Positions 59,422 to 64,000 of a DNA stretch of 64,000 bases are shown piece after piece (the first letter of the stretch is position 1; each line of letters opens with the position of its first letter). The translations under genes and the position numbers were made by a program. The stretch is from Candidatus Latescibacterota bacterium (GTDB lineage Bacteria; Latescibacterota; CBDEFO01). Below the pieces are notes generated by a model. That model had not been told where the DNA came from. It was given only the letters and a program-made list of their open reading frames with translations, and made no database searches. Location of the stretch: contig CBDEFO010000008.1 of assembly GCA_965237525.1 (NCBI GenBank), forward strand, positions 1,760,001 through 1,824,000, read 5' to 3'.

Positions 59422-60918
59422 CTAAAGGCCACTGTCGACTGTTATGTCTCCTCTTTCTGCCATCTGGATCGCCTTAATCAGTGCCTTGGCCTTGTTCACT
59501 GTCTCGGCAAATTCATTTTCCGGCATGGAATCTGCCACTATTCCGCCTCCTGCCTGAATGTAGGCATTACCGTCTTTGGCAACAAGGGTTCTTATGGAGA
59601 TGCAGGTATCTAAGTTTCCTGAGAAGTCCAAATATCCCACAGCTCCCCCGTAGACGCCTCTCCTTGTCGGCTCCATCTCGTCTATTATCTCCATCGCCCT
59701 TATCTTAGGCGCTCCTGTCAGGGTCCCCGCAGGGAAGCACGCAAAGAGGGCGTCCAACTCATCGAAGCCATCCCTTAATTTCCCCTTCACGTTAGACACG
59801 ATGTGCATAACGTGCGAATATCTCTCCACCCTCATCTGCTCGGTCACTTCGACAGAACTGTACCTGCTGACTCGTCCGATGTCGTTCCTCCCCAGATCGA
59901 GCAACATAAGGTGCTCTGCCAACTCTTTTTCATCTGACAGGAGTTCTCTTTCGAGCTTTCGATCTTCCTCTTCGTTTTCGCCCCTTTTTCTTGTTCCAGC
60001 GATAGGACGCGTTGTCACAATGCCGTCCTCCACTCTCACCAGAAGCTCAGGAGATGCCCCCACAATTGCCAGACCATCCATCGAAATGTGGAACATATAA
60101 GGAGACGGATTGACGATCCTCAGCATCCTGTAAATTTCAAACGGATCAACGGATATCTCAGTCTGAAAGCGTTGAGATATGACTACCTGAACGATGTCTC
60201 CGGCCAAAATGTACTCCTTGCACCTTAATACCCTGTCTTTATAATCCTCCTTTTTAAGGTTGGACACGACTTCACAGTGTCCTTTTCCCGCACGAGGAAC
60301 GCCATCCACCGATTTTGACAGCGCATTTTCCAACTTTGCAATCACTTTTATGGCAGCATCGTATTTGTCCCTCAAATCCCCTTCGGAATCCACACGGACA
60401 TTGGAGATCAAGATGATCTTATGAGCGATATTATCGAAAGCAAGGATACTATCGAAAAATAGAAACACTATATCATCCAAATTCAGGTCGTCTATGTTGT
60501 CGTCGGGGATATCCTCCACTAACCTTACCCCATCGTAAGCCACGTATCCCACTGCGCCGCCTGTGAACCTCGGCAGTCCCCTTAGATGAACGCCCCTGTG
60601 TCCCTCAACTAACTTTCTCAACTCTTTGATAGGGTCAGCCCTATACTCCTCCCTCATCCCTGAGGATTGATCTTCTATAACTACCCTTTTGCCCCTTGAT
60701 CGGAATATCTTAAATGGCCCCACGCCCAAAAAAGAATACCTTGCTATCTTCTCACCGCCCTCCACGCTTTCTAAGAGGAACGAATATTTGCTGTGATGGC
60801 GTATCTTCAAATAGGCCGAAACCGGGGTCTCAGTGTCCGCCAGGATCTCCTTGAACACGGGGACTATATTAGCCTTGGAGGCAAGCCCTTCGAAATCCTC
60901 ATAACTTGGTTCTATCAC
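59422..60918 (-). CDS. trpE: Anthranilate synthase component I
   Basis: LLES, NPSPY, PIAGT, EHLMLLDLGRND and GAPK. Confidence 0.96.
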   Translation of the reverse strand: MIEPSYEDFEGLASKANIVPVFKEILADTETPVSAYLKIRHHSKYSFLLESVEGGEKIARYSFLGVGPFKIFRSRGKRVVIEDQSSGMREEYRADPIKELRKLVEGHRGVHLRGLPRFTGGAVGYVAYDGVRLVEDIPDDNIDDLNLDDIVFLFFDSILAFDNIAHKIILISNVRVDSEGDLRDKYDAAIKVIAKLENALSKSVDGVPRAGKGHCEVVSNLKKEDYKDRVLRCKEYILAGDIVQVVISQRFQTEISVDPFEIYRMLRIVNPSPYMFHISMDGLAIVGASPELLVRVEDGIVTTRPIAGTRKRGENEEEDRKLERELLSDEKELAEHLMLLDLGRNDIGRVSRYSSVEVTEQMRVERYSHVMHIVSNVKGKLRDGFDELDALFACFPAGTLTGAPKIRAMEIIDEMEPTRRGVYGGAVGYLDFSGNLDTCISIRTLVAKDGNAYIQAGGGIVADSMPENEFAETVNKAKALIKAIQMAERGDITVDSGL

Positions 60919-61079
60919 AGCAAAGTTCCTTCTTTATGAGTGGACAGTAGCATCTCGTAGAGGGCTAGTTATCCTACAAAATCAATGTAGTCCTGGGTTA
61001 CCCATCGCTTGGCGCGAGGAAACCTCGCCCCAACAGGCAGGACAGACACTCGGGTCTGCCCCTACTTCTTTATATCAAG

Positions 61080-62453
61080 CTATCTATGCCTGACAGTATA
61101 CTGCAGTTTCTCCTCTCCTCCCGCCTTCACAGGAACCTTAAACTCCAGGGTCTGAGCGTCCTTCCTCTTAAAATCGTGAGACTTTTTGGGTATCTCCCAA
61201 AAACCCCATATGTGCTCTACCACTACGACCTCTATGTCTTCGTCCTTATGATTCCTTAAGGTTATCCCCACATCTTCGTCATAAATCCTATCTGTGATCT
61301 TCCTTCTATTTGCGACTATCCTCTCGCCTACAACGTCAAACGCATCGCCTAATATCAGCCGAACCTCTTCATCCAGGGGCGTATGATCTATCTTATCCTC
61401 CCCGATGAACTCCAGCGCCTCGTCCACATCTTTTTTGTAGACCCTCACTTTGCCGCCCGGAAGCGCCATCCCCAGTCCCGCTTTTTCGCTGTTTTTGAAT
61501 TCTAACTTCACCTTAACCTTTTTATCGTCTCTTGTTCCATCGTAGTAATAGACCTTTCTGGATTCCACCTCTGTGTTGGGAAATAGAGAAAGCTGTTTGA
61601 TCTGATTATCTTTGATAGTGGTCTTCCTGTCCAAAGAGTACAGGTGATACTCGAAAAAGGCCCTCTCCTCGAACTGAGGGACAGCGACCTTTGCCATAAC
61701 CTCGAAACGCCTCCTCCTGAACTCAAGCTTCTCCTTGACCCTGTGTACATCCCCCGCCACAAGCTTGACTTGCGCGTCCTTGTAATCCGTCCCGGAGCGA
61801 TTGTCTATCGTCACCCATCCCCCCAACTCGGTCTTCTTCTCATCTTTTCCCACAACGGCCACGTACTCAGCGTGCCATTCGATTCCCGATGTCAGGTAAC
61901 TTATCTCCCCTGAATGTTCGCCGGCCTTATCCGACTCCAAGAGCCACACTAAAGTCGGCTTTGTGATCAGTTCTACACCCTCGATCTGCTGCAATTGGAT
62001 ATTCTCAATCGTCTCTAATTTAACTATCCTGATCTGGTCTACCCCCATCAACACAATATCCCCGTCCTTGAAGCTGATCAGCGTGCCCTCGTGGAGGTTT
62101 TCTCCCTTTGCTAAAATGCTAACGTTTCTGTCCAGGTACTTCTCCAGGATCTTCATAGGACTAGATAGGTCGTATTCATAATTCTGTTCTAATATAGCCA
62201 CTCCATCGGGATCGGTAAGCGATTTAAAATGCACAGATGTGGGGTCTATGCTCGAAGCTACATCTGAAAACTTTACCAGGTTTGCCCCTTTCTCTAACTC
62301 TATCTTCCTTACCTCTTTGACCAACGCCAAGTCCTGATTGTAAACTGTCAGCGCTGTCGTCTCGTTTTGGGACTCTCCGGTTCCGCAGAAAAAGTGTAGC
62401 GATAAGAGTACCGCTGCAACGCGGAGTGGTCGCACCACTATCAAAGCACTCAT
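61080..62453 (-). CDS. Secreted DUF4139/DUF4140-like protein
   Basis: Signal peptide; LTVYNQDLALV, LEQNYEYDL, W.A.Y and GED.IDHTP. Confidence 0.8.
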   Translation of the reverse strand: MSALIVVRPLRVAAVLLSLHFFCGTGESQNETTALTVYNQDLALVKEVRKIELEKGANLVKFSDVASSIDPTSVHFKSLTDPDGVAILEQNYEYDLSSPMKILEKYLDRNVSILAKGENLHEGTLISFKDGDIVLMGVDQIRIVKLETIENIQLQQIEGVELITKPTLVWLLESDKAGEHSGEISYLTSGIEWHAEYVAVVGKDEKKTELGGWVTIDNRSGTDYKDAQVKLVAGDVHRVKEKLEFRRRRFEVMAKVAVPQFEERAFFEYHLYSLDRKTTIKDNQIKQLSLFPNTEVESRKVYYYDGTRDDKKVKVKLEFKNSEKAGLGMALPGGKVRVYKKDVDEALEFIGEDKIDHTPLDEEVRLILGDAFDVVGERIVANRRKITDRIYDEDVGITLRNHKDEDIEVVVVEHIWGFWEIPKKSHDFKRKDAQTLEFKVPVKAGGEEKLQYTVRHR

Positions 62454-62501
62454 AGCTGTATGCCCTCTAAAACGATGTTAGTCGAAGTCTTTTATAAACT
62501 T

Positions 62502-62531
62502 AACATAACATTCCTGATACACAGTTGTCAA
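62502..62531 (-). promoter_or_regulatory. Second sigma70-like promoter just downstream of the attenuator
   Basis: TTGACA-18 bp-TATGTT with an extended TG motif. Confidence 0.55.
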
Positions 62532-62542
62532 GGGAAATCAAC

Positions 62543-62582
62543 AAAAAAGCCGCAGGCATTCCAGTTATGCCCACGGCTTTTT
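62543..62582 (-). terminator. Intrinsic terminator (attenuator helix 3:4)
   Basis: AAAAAGCCGTGGGCAT-7 nt loop-ATGCCTGCGGCTTTTTT; 11-bp stem with 2 G-U pairs plus U-tract. Confidence 0.9.
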
Positions 62583-62607
62583 ATCTTCTGCTATATATAC
62601 AGCTATC

Positions 62608-62691
62608 TTAACTTACGAGCCATGGACATATTCCTCCCCAGCTATACCAGCGGCTGTAATAAATTCCGTAGAAAGGGAGTGAAAATGTCAT
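62608..62691 (-). CDS. Aromatic-rich attenuator leader peptide MTFSLPFYGIYYSRWYSWGGICPWLVS (27 aa)
   Basis: AAGGAG RBS; 9/27 codons are Phe/Tyr/Trp; overlaps helices 1 and 2; not in the ORF track. Confidence 0.8.
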   Translation of the reverse strand: MTFSLPFYGIYYSRWYSWGGICPWLVS

Positions 62692-62755
62692 CAGGCTCTC
62701 CTTTTTCTCCAATGCCGTCCAAATTTGCTCTTTGACTGTGTGTTGCACTAGATAT

Positions 62756-62784
62756 ATAATAATCAATATCTGCCGCTTTGTCAA
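62756..62784 (-). promoter_or_regulatory. sigma70-type promoter upstream of the leader peptide
   Basis: TTGACA-17 bp-TATTAT. Confidence 0.75.
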
Positions 62785-62832
62785 GGGGAACAGTATGAAG
62801 TTATATTCACCATAACCACATCTGATAATTTA

Positions 62833-64000
62833 TTATTTATTTTTATATAAAACTATTACCCTTCTGATATTTTCTAAATTTGTCATAGTTCCAATTAAAA
62901 TAAGAGTTAAGAGGGGCTGATTTATTAAGGCACCTACAAAAATAATAAATGTTCTAACATCACGACGTATTCTGAATGAAAAATCTTTTGAACCAATTCT
63001 TCTATTCAGCAGTCTATTCCTCAAACTATAATACTTGTCTGCAGTATAACTGTTCATAAAAGATCCCATTATTGCCAAAAAACCAATCGCAATGTACAAG
63101 AAATTATTATTCAAGAGATAAACATAATAAGTTAAACTAAATAAAAGAAATCCATCAGCATATCTATCCAATACTGCGTCAAACCATCCACCGAATGTCG
63201 TAGCTTGGAATGTTAGTCTTGCTACTTCACCATCACAGCCATCAACGATTGATGAGATTTGCGCAAGAATTCCGCCAATAACTAAATTAACATACCCACC
63301 TAAAAAGAAGAAATATGCACCCAACATAGAGATGATAAAAGGAAAAAAAGAAATAGAATTTGGACTTATGCTAGTTTTTACAAGATACTTTGAAATAATA
63401 ATTGATATAGGCCTATTTAAATACCTTGAAACAGGACCATCGGAAGTTTTTTTCAGATTAGTAATAAGCTTGTCGGATGCTTTTTTTAAATCGTCCTGCG
63501 TATCTATATCTGTCCACCAAAGCTCGATGTTTTTTCTCATCTTTGAGGGGTAACTTTCGATCTTGGTAATATCAAATATCTCAGCGTCTCCATTTTTGGC
63601 GGCTTTTTTGATACTGTCCCTAAGTTCTCCTTTTTTCTCATTTGCCGCCTCTTCTATATAAGAAAATATCTTCGGTGAACATAAAAAGATGCCCGTATCT
63701 ACGCAGTTTGACTCCCTTATGTTCTTGCCTATATCGACGATCTTCCCATTTCTTTCCAGGACTTTCGTATCCTCTTTGCACGGCTCTTTTCTATCGACTG
63801 CTAAAACCACAGAACTTTTCATATCACATTTTACAAGTTCATTTAAGATACGATCATCAAAGATATGGTCTGACATCAACAGGACAAAGTTCTCATTCAA
63901 CGCCTCTTTGGCCTTTAAAACGGAGGCTCCATTTTCTTCCTTTTGCCATTCTTTATTCTGAATATAATCTATTTTTACTCCGAGTCTCTCTCCGTCTCCT
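62833..64000 (-). CDS. Bifunctional nucleotidyltransferase / CDP-alcohol phosphotransferase (IPCT/DIPPS-like); 5' end outside the window
   Basis: LLMSDH, WTDIDT, DGPVSRYLNR and DGCDGEVAR...GGWFDAVLDR; frame open to the window end; AT-rich. Confidence 0.85.
   Translation of the reverse strand, partial: GDGERLGVKIDYIQNKEWQKEENGASVLKAKEALNENFVLLMSDHIFDDRILNELVKCDMKSSVVLAVDRKEPCKEDTKVLERNGKIVDIGKNIRESNCVDTGIFLCSPKIFSYIEEAANEKKGELRDSIKKAAKNGDAEIFDITKIESYPSKMRKNIELWWTDIDTQDDLKKASDKLITNLKKTSDGPVSRYLNRPISIIISKYLVKTSISPNSISFFPFIISMLGAYFFFLGGYVNLVIGGILAQISSIVDGCDGEVARLTFQATTFGGWFDAVLDRYADGFLLFSLTYYVYLLNNNFLYIAIGFLAIMGSFMNSYTADKYYSLRNRLLNRRIGSKDFSFRIRRDVRTFIIFVGALINQPLLTLILIGTMTNLENIRRVIVLYKNK

Noticed and set aside
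110..63961. Numerous plus-strand ORFs in the track
   Set aside because: Antisense shadows of well-supported minus-strand genes, with no motifs of their own
1..64000. CRISPR array, tRNA (including tRNA-Sec) or rRNA genes
   Set aside because: No regularly spaced repeat-spacer array or cloverleaf/rRNA signature was seen by eye; the short palindromes are dispersed

Overview
64 kb of a bacterial chromosome; taxonomy cannot be fixed from sequence alone, but selA indicates selenocysteine use. Almost all genes lie on the minus strand. The left half holds folE, an iscS-nfu-iscA cluster, a MacAB/TolC-type exporter with three adaptor genes split by an IS1182-family element, moeA-DUF4149-mini diheme cytochrome, an MtaA-type methyltransferase, an M48 protease, purA, selA and a LarA-like/KduD/Gfo cluster. 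The right half is a ~30 kb co-oriented aromatic amino-acid supraoperon (trpE-G-D-C-F-B-A, chorismate mutase, aroF, tyrA, aroA, aroE, ubiE, ribB, argS, aroC, aroK, aroB) interrupted by many inserted genes. Two signals are not in the ORF track. First, upstream of the supraoperon is a complete ribosome-dependent attenuator: a sigma70-like promoter, a 27-aa leader with 2 Phe, 4 Tyr and 3 Trp, and mutually exclusive 1:2, 2:3 and 3:4 helices, so it apparently senses all three aromatic amino acids. Second, between aroK and aroB is an integrase-less integron-type cassette array (four attC-like and two attI-like sites) interleaved with repeated, diverged aroK 3' halves; one of these carries an exact 32-bp piece of the IS transposase gene. 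Several small mobile hairpin families also occur, some nested in each other. All alignments and folds were done by eye; no database search was run.
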